A stretch of 64,000 bases of DNA, taken from contig QGVF02000010.1 in the NCBI GenBank assembly GCA_003242705.2, positions 19,541-83,540 on the forward strand. Direction: 5' to 3'. Origin of the DNA: Acidobacteriota bacterium (GTDB lineage Bacteria > Acidobacteriota > Vicinamibacteria > Vicinamibacterales > SCN-69-37). Positions 29,612 through 39,616 of this stretch are shown here, in pieces. The notes beneath the pieces were generated by a model. That model saw only the letters and a list, made by a program, of their open reading frames with translations. It did not search any database and was not told the origin of the DNA. Position 1 is the stretch's first letter, and every line of letters starts with the position of its first letter. The position numbers were made by a program, and so were the translations under genes.

Positions 29612-30733
29612 ATGAGCATGAGAACCACGCCGCCGTTCCGGGCGGATCACGTCGGCAGCCTGCTGCGCACGCCCGAGGTGCTCAAGGCCCGTGAAGACTT
29701 CGCCGCCGGGCGGATCACGGCCGAGGAGAAGCGGCGCATCGAGGACGAGGGCATCCGCCGGGTCGTGAAGATGCAGGAGGAGGTCGGCCTCAAGGGCATC
29801 ACCGACGGCGAGTACCGCCGCGCCTCCTGGCACATGGACTTCATCTACCAGATCGGCGGCATCTCGAAGGTCCAGGACAACCTGAAGGTGAAGTTCCACA
29901 ACGAGAAGGGCGACATCGAGTTCACCCCCGCCGCTTCGCGCGTGACCGGCAGGCTCACCTTCGAGAAGACGATCTTCGCCGACGACTTCCTGTTCCTGAA
30001 GTCGGTCACGAAGGAGACGCCCAAGCTGACGATTCCCTCGCCCAGCATGGTCCACTACCGCGGCGGACGAGCGGCCATCGATCCGGCCGTCTATCCCGAC
30101 ATGGAGCAGTTCTGGGCCGACCTCACCGAAGTCTACGCGCGGCAGATCGAGGAACTCGGCCGGCTCGGCTGCACCTACCTGCAGATTGACGACACGAGCC
30201 TCGCGTACCTCAACGATCCGGGCCAGCGCGCCTACGTCGATCAGATCGGCGGCGACGGCGAGCACCAGCACCTGACCTACATCCGCAACATCAACCGCGC
30301 CCTGGCGCGCAAGCCGGAAGGCATGCGCGTCTGCACGCACATGTGCCGCGGCAACTTCCGCTCGTCGTGGGTCGCCTCGGGCGGCTACGACCACGTCGCC
30401 GAGGCGCTCTTCAACGAACTGAACGTCGACGGCTACTTCATGGAGTTCGACGACGAACGGTCGGGGACGTTCGAGCCGCTGCGGTTCGTGCCGAAGAACA
30501 AGGTCGTCGTGCTCGGCCTCGTCACGACGAAGCGTCCCGCGCTCGAAAGCAAGGACTACCTCAAGCGCCGCATCGACGAAGCCGCGAAGTACGTCCCGCT
30601 CGAGCAGCTCTGCCTGAGCCCGCAGTGCGGCTTCTCATCGACCGTCGAGGGCAACGAGCTGACCATCGAGGATCAGATGGCCAAGCTCCGCCTGATCGTC
30701 GAGACGGCCGAAGAGGTATGGGGCTCGGCGTAG
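29612..30733 (+). CDS. cobalamin-independent methionine synthase (MetE) C-terminal-domain family protein
   Basis: AGGAG RBS. FRADHVGSLLRP and GITDGEYRR blocks and a late CGF (Zn-ligand region) in a single-domain form of about 373 aa. Confidence 0.75.
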   Translation: MSMRTTPPFRADHVGSLLRTPEVLKAREDFAAGRITAEEKRRIEDEGIRRVVKMQEEVGLKGITDGEYRRASWHMDFIYQIGGISKVQDNLKVKFHNEKGDIEFTPAASRVTGRLTFEKTIFADDFLFLKSVTKETPKLTIPSPSMVHYRGGRAAIDPAVYPDMEQFWADLTEVYARQIEELGRLGCTYLQIDDTSLAYLNDPGQRAYVDQIGGDGEHQHLTYIRNINRALARKPEGMRVCTHMCRGNFRSSWVASGGYDHVAEALFNELNVDGYFMEFDDERSGTFEPLRFVPKNKVVVLGLVTTKRPALESKDYLKRRIDEAAKYVPLEQLCLSPQCGFSSTVEGNELTIEDQMAKLRLIVETAEEVWGSA

Positions 30734-30750
30734 GCCGGCCCGGTGCCGAC

Positions 30751-30775
30751 GGGGCGCAGCCGCTCGGCTGCGCCC
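30751..30775 (+). terminator. GC-rich hairpin after the MetE-like gene (weak U-tract)
   Basis: GGGGCGCAGCC-GCT-CGGCTGCGCCCC followed by TCCCTTGCTTCC. Confidence 0.45.
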
Positions 30776-30868
30776 CTCCCTTGCTTCCTCCCTGACGTCC
30801 TTCGATAGCACGACGAACCCGCGCGCCGGCCGAACGACGACGGGCTCCGGTTGACGCCTCGTATGGCG

Positions 30869-31300
30869 TCAGTAGCAGTACGGATCGCCGCCGTCGCACG
30901 GCGACGGTTCGGCCTGTGTGGTGTCGTTGAGCGTGCCGACCATTCCCGGATGCAGCGGACAGTGATACGTTCGCCGGGCGACGCCGGCGTCGACGGGCGG
31001 GCTGGTGCCGCCCGGCGGGATGCTGCCCGTGTCGACGGATTGATCGTCAAACCTGATCTGATGCACCTGCGTGTCGGTGTTGCGCCAGACGACGCGGCGC
31101 CCGGCCGGCACCGACACCGGGTTGGGCACGAACGACTGCGTGCCACGGTCGCCGACGATGTCGATGACGAGTGGCGGCTCGCCGCCGCCCGCCGGCGGGC
31201 TCGGCTCGCTCGGGCCCGACGGGCTTGAACCGCCCGATCCACAGCCGGAGAAGAGACCGAGCGAGACGGCAAGACCGACGACGCACATGGACCTTCGCAT
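30869..31300 (-). CDS. amicyanin-like type-1 copper (cupredoxin) lipoprotein
   Basis: Lipobox LFSGC. VVWRNTDTQVHQIRF (His ligand) and YHCPLHPGM (Cys-x2-His-x2-Met as in amicyanin). Confidence 0.75.
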   Translation of the reverse strand: MRRSMCVVGLAVSLGLFSGCGSGGSSPSGPSEPSPPAGGGEPPLVIDIVGDRGTQSFVPNPVSVPAGRRVVWRNTDTQVHQIRFDDQSVDTGSIPPGGTSPPVDAGVARRTYHCPLHPGMVGTLNDTTQAEPSPCDGGDPYCY

Positions 31301-31459
31301 GGACGCTCCTTTCGAATGGCGTGACCTCCGGTCGAAGGAGCAAGCCCGATACCGGCCGGTGCGGCCGAATGTCGGCGTCAACCGCGGGGCTGCGCCCGAG
31401 CCGGTTTACACCGGCCGTAAGGACTTACGATCGGCGGCAGCGTGTCGCGGGAGGGCGTG

Positions 31460-32842
31460 ATGCGAAGACGGCACCTGGCGCTGGTCGTGGCAGCGATCGG
31501 CCTGTTCATCGTGGCGCTCAACGCGCGCGATCAGGCGGACGCGACGCTCGTGCTCGAAGACGTCACGGTCATCGACGGGACCGGCGCGCCGCCGCGGCCC
31601 GGCACCACGATCGTCGTGCGTGGCGATCGCATCGCCGACATGTTCCCGACCGGCAGTCGTGCCGTGCCGTCCGGGGCGCGGCGTCTGGCGACGGCCGGCC
31701 GCTACGTCATTCCCGGGCTCATCGACTCTCACGTGCACCTGGCCACGACGGAGCGCCCGCAGGCGCTCGTCGAAGCGCTGCTGCGCGCGACGCTGCTCGG
31801 CGGCGTGACGACGGTCCGCGACATGGGCGGCAGCGGGCCCGTCCTCGCCCGGTTGCGCGAGGCGGCACGCGATCCGGCCGCGTTGTCGCCCGACATCCAC
31901 GTCGCGGCGGTCTTTGCCGGTCCGACCGCGTTCTGGTTCATCGGCGACGCGCGCGTGCCGTACTTCAACGGCGGACTGCTGCCGGGCACCGCGCCGTGGC
32001 TCGTGAAGGTCGACGAGACCACGAACCTGCGCGAACGCGTGGCGGCCGCGAAGGCATGGGGCGCGGCCGGCATCAAGATTCACTCGGATCTGACGCGCAG
32101 CCAGGTGGAGGCGATAGCGTCCGAGGCGCGGCGGCAGCGACTGCCCGTCTGGAGCCATGCGACGGTGGGACCTGCCGTGCCGCGCGACGCCGTCGACGCG
32201 CGCGTCGTCTCGATCTCGCACGCCGACGCGCTCGTCTGGCAGGGGCGGCCGTCGGTGCCGCCGCTGCTCTTCGGTCGTCCTGCCGGTATGCCGGACGCCA
32301 TCGAGCAGGTGCCGTTCGACAGCGCGCCGGTGCGCGACCTGCTCGCGCGCATGCGCTCACGCAACGTGCTGCTCGAGCCGACGCTCTACATCGGTGTCGA
32401 GGCCGCCTCGTTCGCCGGCGACGATCGACCGCGCTACGACCGCCAGGCAGCCTGGGCGGCGGCCGTGACGGACCTGGCGCACGAAACGGGCGTGGCGATC
32501 CTGGCCGGCACCGACGCCGTCGGCGGCTCGTCGCCGAACCTGCACGTCGAACTGCAGCTGCTCGTCGAGCGGGCGGGCCTGTCGCCGCTCGAGGCCATCC
32601 GTGCTGCGACGTTCAACGCCGCGCGCGCGCTCGGCCTGGCAGGGGAGATTGGCAGCATTGCCGTCGGTCGGCGCGCCGATCTCGTCGTGCTCGACGGCAA
32701 TCCCGCCGACGATATCCGCAACACTCAGACGATCCGCGCCGTCGTCCGCCGCGGCGTCGTGTTCGAGCGGACCGAGCCGATGCCCGTCCCGCCGCTGGGA
32801 AGTCCGCCCCCGGTCGACGCCGCGCGACCGCCGGCACCCTGA
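31460..32842 (+). CDS. amidohydrolase family protein (secreted or membrane-anchored)
   Basis: GGGAGGG RBS before the ATG at 31460. The VIPGLIDSHVHL metal-binding motif typical of the amidohydrolase superfamily. Confidence 0.8.
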   Translation: MRRRHLALVVAAIGLFIVALNARDQADATLVLEDVTVIDGTGAPPRPGTTIVVRGDRIADMFPTGSRAVPSGARRLATAGRYVIPGLIDSHVHLATTERPQALVEALLRATLLGGVTTVRDMGGSGPVLARLREAARDPAALSPDIHVAAVFAGPTAFWFIGDARVPYFNGGLLPGTAPWLVKVDETTNLRERVAAAKAWGAAGIKIHSDLTRSQVEAIASEARRQRLPVWSHATVGPAVPRDAVDARVVSISHADALVWQGRPSVPPLLFGRPAGMPDAIEQVPFDSAPVRDLLARMRSRNVLLEPTLYIGVEAASFAGDDRPRYDRQAAWAAAVTDLAHETGVAILAGTDAVGGSSPNLHVELQLLVERAGLSPLEAIRAATFNAARALGLAGEIGSIAVGRRADLVVLDGNPADDIRNTQTIRAVVRRGVVFERTEPMPVPPLGSPPPVDAARPPAP

Positions 32843-32915
32843 GCGCGACGAAGTGCGGCGAGCCGGCGAGGCTGCCGGCTGTTCGGGCCAGCCGACCTTC
32901 TGGCGCCGTGACGCC

Positions 32916-33344
32916 TCACGGCAGCGGCGCGGGCTGGCCGCCGGCGGCCGGAGGCGGCGCCTCGCTGACTGAAAACGGCACCTGCACGAGCGGACGGCCA
33001 TCGAACTCGCAGATGGCCCAGTAGACACCCGGCCGATCGAGCGTCACGGTCAGCCGCAGCGGCATGATCGCCATCTCGCCCGGTTCGTCGACCGTCGTGT
33101 CGCCCTCGCCGAAATAGACGACGTCATCGCCCGGGCGACGGATGCCGAAGCGGCAGGCGATCCGGCCCGCTTCGAGGCTCCAGAGTCCCACGGCCAGCGT
33201 CAGCTCGATCGTCGGCGGATCGTCGGCCTGCCAGCCGCCGATGCCCGTCGTCATACGGCGGAGATCGGTGGGGAAGGCCGGGTCGTATCCCTCGCAGAAC
33301 ATGGCGAAGGCGACCGATACACGCGACGGAGCAGGCTGGGACAT
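32916..33344 (-). CDS. hypothetical protein (142 aa)
   Basis: ATG at 33342-33344 and good GC3. No motif recognised. The upstream part of the 472-aa track ORF is junk. Confidence 0.5.
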   Translation of the reverse strand: MSQPAPSRVSVAFAMFCEGYDPAFPTDLRRMTTGIGGWQADDPPTIELTLAVGLWSLEAGRIACRFGIRRPGDDVVYFGEGDTTVDEPGEMAIMPLRLTVTLDRPGVYWAICEFDGRPLVQVPFSVSEAPPPAAGGQPAPLP

Positions 33345-33431
33345 CGTTCGAGCAGGTGGATGGGCGCCCGGACCGTCCGGGGGCCGAGTCACGTTACCGC
33401 ACTTTCCGCCGCGAGTCACAGGGTCGACGGG

Positions 33432-34286
33432 ATGGAGAAGGCCGGACATCGGGTCGATATACCGGTCGACGTGTCTGCCGATGTCCCTTCCGTCCCGCCA
33501 TCCCACGTCGCGCGCCCACGTGCCTTCCGCCTTCGGGTGACCGCCGCCGTCGCGTGCGCGACCGTCGTCCTCGCATCGCCCGCCGCCGCGCAGAGCCTGC
33601 GCGGCAGCCCGGCGTCGCTTTCGCTGCAGAACCGCCAGGCCGAACGCCACGATTTCAGCTTCCTGAAGGGCAGTCGTGACGTGGCCCGCTTCGTCGATGC
33701 CGGACTGCTGGTGCCGCTCGAAGGAGGCCCGACCTACCGGCTCGAGGACGTGTCGTTCAACGTGGCCCGACCCGAAGTGCGACTCTTCGTCGAGCGGCTC
33801 TCGTCGCAGTACAAGCAGGCGTGCGGCGAGCCGCTCGTGGTGACGAGTCTCACGCGGCCGCTGACGCATCAGCCGTGGAATGCCTCGGCGCGCTCGGTAC
33901 ACCCGACCGGCATGGCGCTCGATCTGCGCGTGCCGCGGAAGGCGGCCTGCCGCAAGTGGCTCGAGTCGACGCTGCTCGAGCTCGAGCGACGGCAGGTGCT
34001 CGACGCCACGTTCGAGCGCCGGCCGCCGCACTATCACGTCGCGATCTTCCCGCGGGCGTACGTGGCCTACGTGGCTTCGCTCACGGGGCGCGAGAAATCC
34101 GCGGTGCGGGCCTCGGCGGCAGGTGCTCCTGCCACACACGTCGTCAGGCGCGGCGAGACGCTGTGGCGCATCGCGCAGACGTACGACACGACGCCCACGG
34201 CCATCCGGCGGGCGAACCGCCTGTCCTCGACGACCATCCGGGTCGGCCAGCGGCTCGTGATTCCGACGCCGACGCACGGCGACTGA
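33432..34286 (+). CDS. LAS-type (M15-like) zinc peptidase with C-terminal LysM domain
   Basis: SVHPTGMALD gives H-x6-D and PPHYHV gives H-x-H. The C-terminal HVVRRGETLWRIAQTYDTTPTAIRRANRL...GQRLVIP is LysM. The start codon is uncertain (33360 or 33432). Confidence 0.7.
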   Translation: MEKAGHRVDIPVDVSADVPSVPPSHVARPRAFRLRVTAAVACATVVLASPAAAQSLRGSPASLSLQNRQAERHDFSFLKGSRDVARFVDAGLLVPLEGGPTYRLEDVSFNVARPEVRLFVERLSSQYKQACGEPLVVTSLTRPLTHQPWNASARSVHPTGMALDLRVPRKAACRKWLESTLLELERRQVLDATFERRPPHYHVAIFPRAYVAYVASLTGREKSAVRASAAGAPATHVVRRGETLWRIAQTYDTTPTAIRRANRLSSTTIRVGQRLVIPTPTHGD

Positions 34287-34324
34287 CGGCTCTGCCGCCG
34301 GGGCTGCGCTACACTTCCGCCCCG

Positions 34325-36025
34325 ATGTCGCCACGCCTTGCCGGGCCCGATCCCCGCCCGTCGTCCCGCGACCTGGATCGCGGAGGTCGACTGCTGCTCC
34401 TCGTGATTCTTGCCGCGGCCGCCACGCTCCGTGTCTGGAACATCGGCGGTGGCATCCCCGACGCGGTCGGCGTCGACGAGCCGCAAATCATGGAGCGGGT
34501 CGTCCGGATGATGAAGACGGGCGACTTCAATCCCCACTTCTTCGACTGGCCGAGCCTGACGTTCTACCTGCAGCTCGTCGTCGCGTGCTTCACGTTCCTG
34601 TCGGGCGCGATGGCCGGGAAGTGGAGCCACCTGGATCACGTGAGCGCGGCCGACTTCTATTTCAACGGCCGCCTGCTGACGGCGGCGCTGGGCACGGCCA
34701 CTGTCTGGCTGGTCTATCGGGCGGGCCTCCGCTGGGGCCGGACGCAGGCCCTGCTGGCCGCGGCGCTGCTGGCAGTCGTGCCGTATCACGTGCGCGAGTC
34801 GCACTTCGTGCTCACCGACGTTCCCGCAGGATTGCTGACGACGCTCGTGCTGGTGCTCACGCTGCGCGCACGCGAGCGGCCGGGTCTGCGGGCGTTCGCG
34901 CTGGCCGGCCTGGCCGCCGGCCTGGCCGCGTCCGCCAAGTACAACGGTCTGATCGCGATCGTCATGCCGCTGCTGGCCGCGTGGGTGGCGTCAGGCGCGG
35001 CAGCCGTGCGCGTGCAGCGGACGGTCGTGATTCTTGCGGCTGCCGGCCTCGGGTTCCTGGTGGGGACGCCATACGCCGTGCTCGATCTGCCGGCGTTTCT
35101 GAACGACTACGCCCGACTGGCCGAGATCTTCGCGCGCGAGCGCGGCGGCGAACCGGGCTGGTCGATCTATCTGAAGCACCTGGCGCTCGCGCTCGGCCGC
35201 CCGGCGTTCTACCTGGCGTTGGTGGGGCTCGCCGGGGCGCTCTGGCGCACCGTGCGCGGTCCGGGTCGACTCCGCTGGGCGCAGCTTGCCGCCTTCCCGG
35301 TCGTCTATTTCCACGTGATGGCCAACAGCTACCAGATCTACGGCCGCTACCTGATGCCGCTGTTGCCGTTCGCGAGTCTCCTGGCGGCCGCCAGCCTGAC
35401 GGCGCTGCTCGGCGTCGTCGGCCGCCTGCCGATGCCGGCGCTGGCGCGGCGCGTGGCCGCGACGGTGCTCGTGATCGTCGCGATCGCGCCGCCGGCCCGC
35501 GTCGCGATCGACTTCAACCGAAGCTTCGGCCGCCAGGCGACTGTTGCGCGCCCGCCCGCTGCGCGCACGGCGTGGAGCGTGCCGCCGGGGAACGGATCGA
35601 TTCGCCTGCCGTCGGACCGTAGGCGGCCACTGGCACAGCAGCGTCGCGGCGTCGACGTGTCGCCGGACCGGTGTGTGGCCGGGGGCTCAGCGTTCCGACT
35701 GCTGCCGACGGAGTGCCTCGCGGCCGGCGCGCAGCGTCTCGAGGATCGTGTCGACGTCGAAGACACAGCCGCCCCACACGCCGCCGCTCACGTCCTGCAG
35801 CGCCGCCCAGAGCCGGGTGTCGTCGGGCAGATCGGGATCGGGGCGGAGGTCGTCGCGCGGCGGCCGCGCCTCGAGCACACGCGCCGCTTCGTCGGGGGAC
35901 AGGCGACGGTCGGCCTCACCCACGAAGTTCAGCGTGCCGTCGAGCGTGTTGCGGTCGATGACGATCTCGATCAGGTCGCCGTCCCGCAGCCGGCCGATGG
36001 GACCGCCGGCGAGCGCTTCGGGTGA
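34325..36025 (+). CDS. GT39/ArnT-like glycosyltransferase (GT-C fold); 3' end problematic
   Basis: TM1 followed by the [10 protein letters not shown]...FDWPSL first-loop acidic motif, then about 11 TM helices to roughly 35520. There is no in-frame stop until 36025, which is 339 nt inside the convergent dehydratase gene. Confidence 0.7.
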   Translation: MSPRLAGPDPRPSSRDLDRGGRLLLLVILAAAATLRVWNIGGGIPDAVGVDEPQIMERVVRMMKTGDFNPHFFDWPSLTFYLQLVVACFTFLSGAMAGKWSHLDHVSAADFYFNGRLLTAALGTATVWLVYRAGLRWGRTQALLAAALLAVVPYHVRESHFVLTDVPAGLLTTLVLVLTLRARERPGLRAFALAGLAAGLAASAKYNGLIAIVMPLLAAWVASGAAAVRVQRTVVILAAAGLGFLVGTPYAVLDLPAFLNDYARLAEIFARERGGEPGWSIYLKHLALALGRPAFYLALVGLAGALWRTVRGPGRLRWAQLAAFPVVYFHVMANSYQIYGRYLMPLLPFASLLAAASLTALLGVVGRLPMPALARRVAATVLVIVAIAPPARVAIDFNRSFGRQATVARPPAARTAWSVPPGNGSIRLPSDRRRPLAQQRRGVDVSPDRCVAGGSAFRLLPTECLAAGAQRLEDRVDVEDTAAPHAAAHVLQRRPEPGVVGQIGIGAEVVARRPRLEHTRRFVGGQATVGLTHEVQRAVERVAVDDDLDQVAVPQPADGTAGERFG

Positions 36026-37687
36026 GACGTGCCCGATGCAGGCGCCCGTCGACACGCCGCTGAAGCGCGCGTCGGTCACGACGGCAACGTGCTTGCCGTG
36101 CGGCAGGTACTTGAGCGCGCCGGTCAGCTGATAGGTCTCTTCCATGCCCGTGCCCATCGGCCCGCGGCAGATGAGCACGATCACGTCGCCCGGCCGGACG
36201 CGGGCATCCTTGATCGCGGCAATCGCGTCTCGCTCGGTCGTGAAGACGCGGGCCGGCCCCGTCATCCGGTACACGCCGTCGTCGTCGCACACGGTCGGGT
36301 CGATGGCCGTTGCCTTGATGACCGAACCCTCGGGCGCGATGTTGCCGTGCGGGAAGCAGATCGTCGAGGTGAGCCCGCGCGTGGCGGCCGCATCGGGCGA
36401 CATGATGACTTCGTCCGGATCGGTGCCGCACACCTCCTTGAGCCGGGCGCGCAGCTTCGCGCGACGCTCGCTCTGCTCCCAGGCGTCGAGCTGCGCATCG
36501 AGGGTCAGGCCGCTGGCCGTCATGACACGCGTGTCGAGCAGGCCGGCCCGTCGCAGGTGCAGCATCACTTCGGGTACACCGCCTGCCAGGAAGACGTCGA
36601 CGGTGGGGAAGTACTGCGGACCGTTCGGCAGCGCGTCGACGAGCCGCGGCACGAGCCGGTTGACCTCGGCCCAGTCGCGTGCCGTCGGCCGGCGGAGGCC
36701 GGCGGCGTGCGCGATGGCCGGAATGTGCAGGAGCAGGTTCGTCGAGCCGCCGAAGGCGGCGTGCGTGACCATCGCGTTGCGGATGGCGGCATCGGTCAGG
36801 ATGTCGCGCACGTGAATGCGCTTCGACTCGAGCGCAACGAGCGCCCGCGCCGAACGGACCGCGATATCGGTCCAGATCGGCTGGCCGGACGGCGCCAGGG
36901 CCGAGTGCCCGAGCGCCAGGCCGAGCGCCTCGCCGACGACCTGGGCCGTGGCGGCCGTGCCCAGAAACTGACAGCCGCCGCCCGGCGAGCCGCAGGCGCG
37001 GCAGCCGAGGTCGGAGGCTTCGGTGAGCGTGATTTCGCCGTGGGCGAACCGGGCGCCGATCGTCTGTACCCGTCCGGCGTCTTCCGCATCGCGGGCCGGA
37101 AGCGTGACGCCGCCCGGCACCAGGATGCAGGGCAGGTCGTGCATGGCCGACAGCGCGATCATCATGGCCGGCAGGCCTTTGTCGCACGTCGCCACGCCGA
37201 GCACCCCCGCGCGCGTGGGCAGCGATCGGATCAGCCGCCGGAACACCGTGGCCGCGTCGTTGCGGTACGGCAGGCTGTCGAACATGCCGGTCGTGCCCTG
37301 CGATCGCCCGTCGCAGGGATCGGTGCACGCGGCGGCGAACGGGATACCGCCCTGCTTCTTCAGTTCATGCGCCGCGGCCTCGACGAGCAGGCCGACTTCC
37401 CAGTGGCCGGTGTGATAGCCCAGGGCGATGGGCGTGCCGTCGGGCGCGCGCACGCCGCCGTGCGTCGACAGGATCAGGAACTCGGGCCGGCCGAGCAGCG
37501 ATGGATCGAGACCCATCCCGGCGTTCTGCGTCCAGCCGAACAGATCGCCCGACGGGCGGTAGCGCAGCATCTCGGCCGTCAGCGGCAGGCGGCCGGCCGG
37601 GCCGGTGCCGCGGGGGGCGACGTCGAGCGTCGCGGCGTCGTCGACGAGGAAGGGGTCGGGAGCAGCCATGATCCCTGAGAGTTTCAC
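35687..37687 (-). CDS. IlvD/Edd-family sugar-acid dehydratase of the YjhG/YagF (D-xylonate dehydratase) type
   Basis: Collinear with E. coli YjhG from [16 protein letters not shown] through [47 protein letters not shown] and [16 protein letters not shown] to [12 protein letters not shown]. The track start is GTG at 37687; an ATG at 37669 is an alternative. Confidence 0.88.
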   Translation of the reverse strand: MKLSGIMAAPDPFLVDDAATLDVAPRGTGPAGRLPLTAEMLRYRPSGDLFGWTQNAGMGLDPSLLGRPEFLILSTHGGVRAPDGTPIALGYHTGHWEVGLLVEAAAHELKKQGGIPFAAACTDPCDGRSQGTTGMFDSLPYRNDAATVFRRLIRSLPTRAGVLGVATCDKGLPAMMIALSAMHDLPCILVPGGVTLPARDAEDAGRVQTIGARFAHGEITLTEASDLGCRACGSPGGGCQFLGTAATAQVVGEALGLALGHSALAPSGQPIWTDIAVRSARALVALESKRIHVRDILTDAAIRNAMVTHAAFGGSTNLLLHIPAIAHAAGLRRPTARDWAEVNRLVPRLVDALPNGPQYFPTVDVFLAGGVPEVMLHLRRAGLLDTRVMTASGLTLDAQLDAWEQSERRAKLRARLKEVCGTDPDEVIMSPDAAATRGLTSTICFPHGNIAPEGSVIKATAIDPTVCDDDGVYRMTGPARVFTTERDAIAAIKDARVRPGDVIVLICRGPMGTGMEETYQLTGALKYLPHGKHVAVVTDARFSGVSTGACIGHVSPEALAGGPIGRLRDGDLIEIVIDRNTLDGTLNFVGEADRRLSPDEAARVLEARPPRDDLRPDPDLPDDTRLWAALQDVSGGVWGGCVFDVDTILETLRAGREALRRQQSER

Positions 37688-37776
37688 ACGAAGCCGGGTG
37701 CCGGCGCGCGATGGACGGCCGGCTGCCGGGTTCCGATAGAATGCCCTCCCATGTTCCAGGCCATTCCGGAGCCCCG

Positions 37777-37869
37777 ATGACGTTCATCCAGCGCATCTAC
37801 GTCCGCGTGATCATCGCCTGGCTCGCGTCGCTGGCCGGGTTGTACCTGCTGCAGGTCGCGTTCAACTGA
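37777..37869 (+). CDS. 30-aa hydrophobic micro-protein upstream of the symporter (below the ORF-track cut-off)
   Basis: GGAG lies 5 nt before the [33 protein letters not shown] is one predicted TM. The stop is 4 nt before the symporter ATG. Confidence 0.5.
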   Translation: MTFIQRIYVRVIIAWLASLAGLYLLQVAFN

Positions 37870-37873
37870 GTCC

Positions 37874-39583
37874 ATGCACGTCATCGACTGGGTGGTGCTC
37901 CTCGGCGTGACGGGCTGGATCATCTACGACGGCCTCAGGCGCACGAAGCACGCGAACGAGCTCGACGGCTACCTGCTCGCCAAGCGCAGCATTCCCTGGT
38001 GGGCCGCGGGGCTGTCGGTCATGGCAACGCAGCTGTCGGCCATCACGATGATTGGCACGACCGGGCAGGGCTACGCCGACGGCCTGCGCTTCGTCCAGTT
38101 CTACTTCGCGCTGCCGCTCGCGATGATCGTCCTGTCGATGACGCTCGTGCCGTTCTTCTACCGGTCGGGCGTCTACACGGCGTACGAATACCTCGAGCGG
38201 CGCTTCGACGCGAAGACGCGCACGTTCACGAGTCTGCTCTTCCTCCTGTCCCGCGGGATGTCGTGCGGCGTCGTCATTTCGGCGCCGGCCGTCGTGCTTT
38301 CGCTCGTGCTCGGCTGGGATCTGACGGCGACGGCGCTGCTCATCGGCCTGCCCGCCATCATCTTCACGATGTTCGGCGGCGTGCAGGCGGTGACCTGGAC
38401 CGACGTCAAGATCATGGTCATCATCGTCGGCGCGCTCGTGGCGCTGATCGTGGCGGCCGTCGCGGGCCTGCCGGGCGAGGTGAGCGTTGTCGACGGGCTG
38501 CACGCGGCGGCGGCCACCGGCCGCATGCGGACGTTCGACTTCTCGTTCGACCTGACGAACCAGTACACCTTCTGGTCCGGGACGCTCGCGGCGCTGTTCC
38601 TGTTCTGCTCCTACTTCGGCACCGACCAGAGTCAGGTGCAGCGCTACCTGACGGCGCGGTCGGAAGACGGGGCGAAGCAGGCCCTGCTCGTCAGCGCCTA
38701 CTGGAAGATTCCGCTGCAGCTCGTCGTGCTGCTCGTCGGCGTGCTGGTCTTCGTCTTCTACCTGTTCACGCCGCCGCCGCTCATCTTCAGCACCGTGCAC
38801 GCCGAGCGGCTCGCGGCCGGCCCGGCGGCCGGCGAGTACCGGGCCCTGCAGGCGGAGTACGAGACGGCGCTCGATGCCCGGCGCGAGGCGGCACTGGCGG
38901 TGGGGGCGGCGCGGCGGGCCGGCAGCAGCGACGCGCTGCGGACGGCACGCGAGCAGTTCCGTCTGGCCGATGAGGCGGTCGACGGGATTCGGGCGCGGGC
39001 CACCGCGCTCGTCCGCAGTGCCGGCGGCGAGGCGTCGTTCAACGACACGAACTACATCATCCCGTCGTTCATCCTGTCGCAGATTCCCGTCGGCCTCGTC
39101 GGCCTGATCTTCGTCGCCGTCATGATGGCGGCCACGTCGACGATTGCCGCGGAGCTCAACGCGCTGGCGACGACGTCGATCATCGATTTCTACCGGCGCC
39201 TGTTCCGGCCGTCGGCTACGGATCGTCACTACCTGCTCGTCTCGCGGGGCGTGACGGCCTTCTGGGGTGTGTTCGCCTGCCTGGTGGCGATTTGGGCCGC
39301 CGAGCTCGGATCGCTCATCGAGGTGGTCAACCGTGTCGGGTCGTTCTTCTATGGCTCGATCCTCGGCGTGTTCATCCTGGCGATTGCCGTGCCACGTGCC
39401 AACGGGCACGGCGCGTTCGTGGGCCTGATTGCCGGGATGAGCGTCGTGGCGCTGGTGACGGCGTACACCAGCGTCGCCTTCCTGTGGCACAACGTCATCG
39501 GTGCGGTGGTCGTCGTGGTCGTCGGCACGATCGTGAGCGTGCTGACCGGCGGGCGTCCGGCTGCTGCCGCCACCGATCAGTGA
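37874..39583 (+). CDS. sodium:solute symporter (SSF) family transporter
   Basis: About 13 TM helices. GLSVMATQLSAIT, YEYLERRF and GGVQAVTWTD blocks are typical of SSF. Confidence 0.88.
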   Translation: MHVIDWVVLLGVTGWIIYDGLRRTKHANELDGYLLAKRSIPWWAAGLSVMATQLSAITMIGTTGQGYADGLRFVQFYFALPLAMIVLSMTLVPFFYRSGVYTAYEYLERRFDAKTRTFTSLLFLLSRGMSCGVVISAPAVVLSLVLGWDLTATALLIGLPAIIFTMFGGVQAVTWTDVKIMVIIVGALVALIVAAVAGLPGEVSVVDGLHAAAATGRMRTFDFSFDLTNQYTFWSGTLAALFLFCSYFGTDQSQVQRYLTARSEDGAKQALLVSAYWKIPLQLVVLLVGVLVFVFYLFTPPPLIFSTVHAERLAAGPAAGEYRALQAEYETALDARREAALAVGAARRAGSSDALRTAREQFRLADEAVDGIRARATALVRSAGGEASFNDTNYIIPSFILSQIPVGLVGLIFVAVMMAATSTIAAELNALATTSIIDFYRRLFRPSATDRHYLLVSRGVTAFWGVFACLVAIWAAELGSLIEVVNRVGSFFYGSILGVFILAIAVPRANGHGAFVGLIAGMSVVALVTAYTSVAFLWHNVIGAVVVVVVGTIVSVLTGGRPAAAATDQ

Positions 39584-39616
39584 GCGGCGCGTCGCGCGCC
39601 GCGCGGGAGAGAGGCC

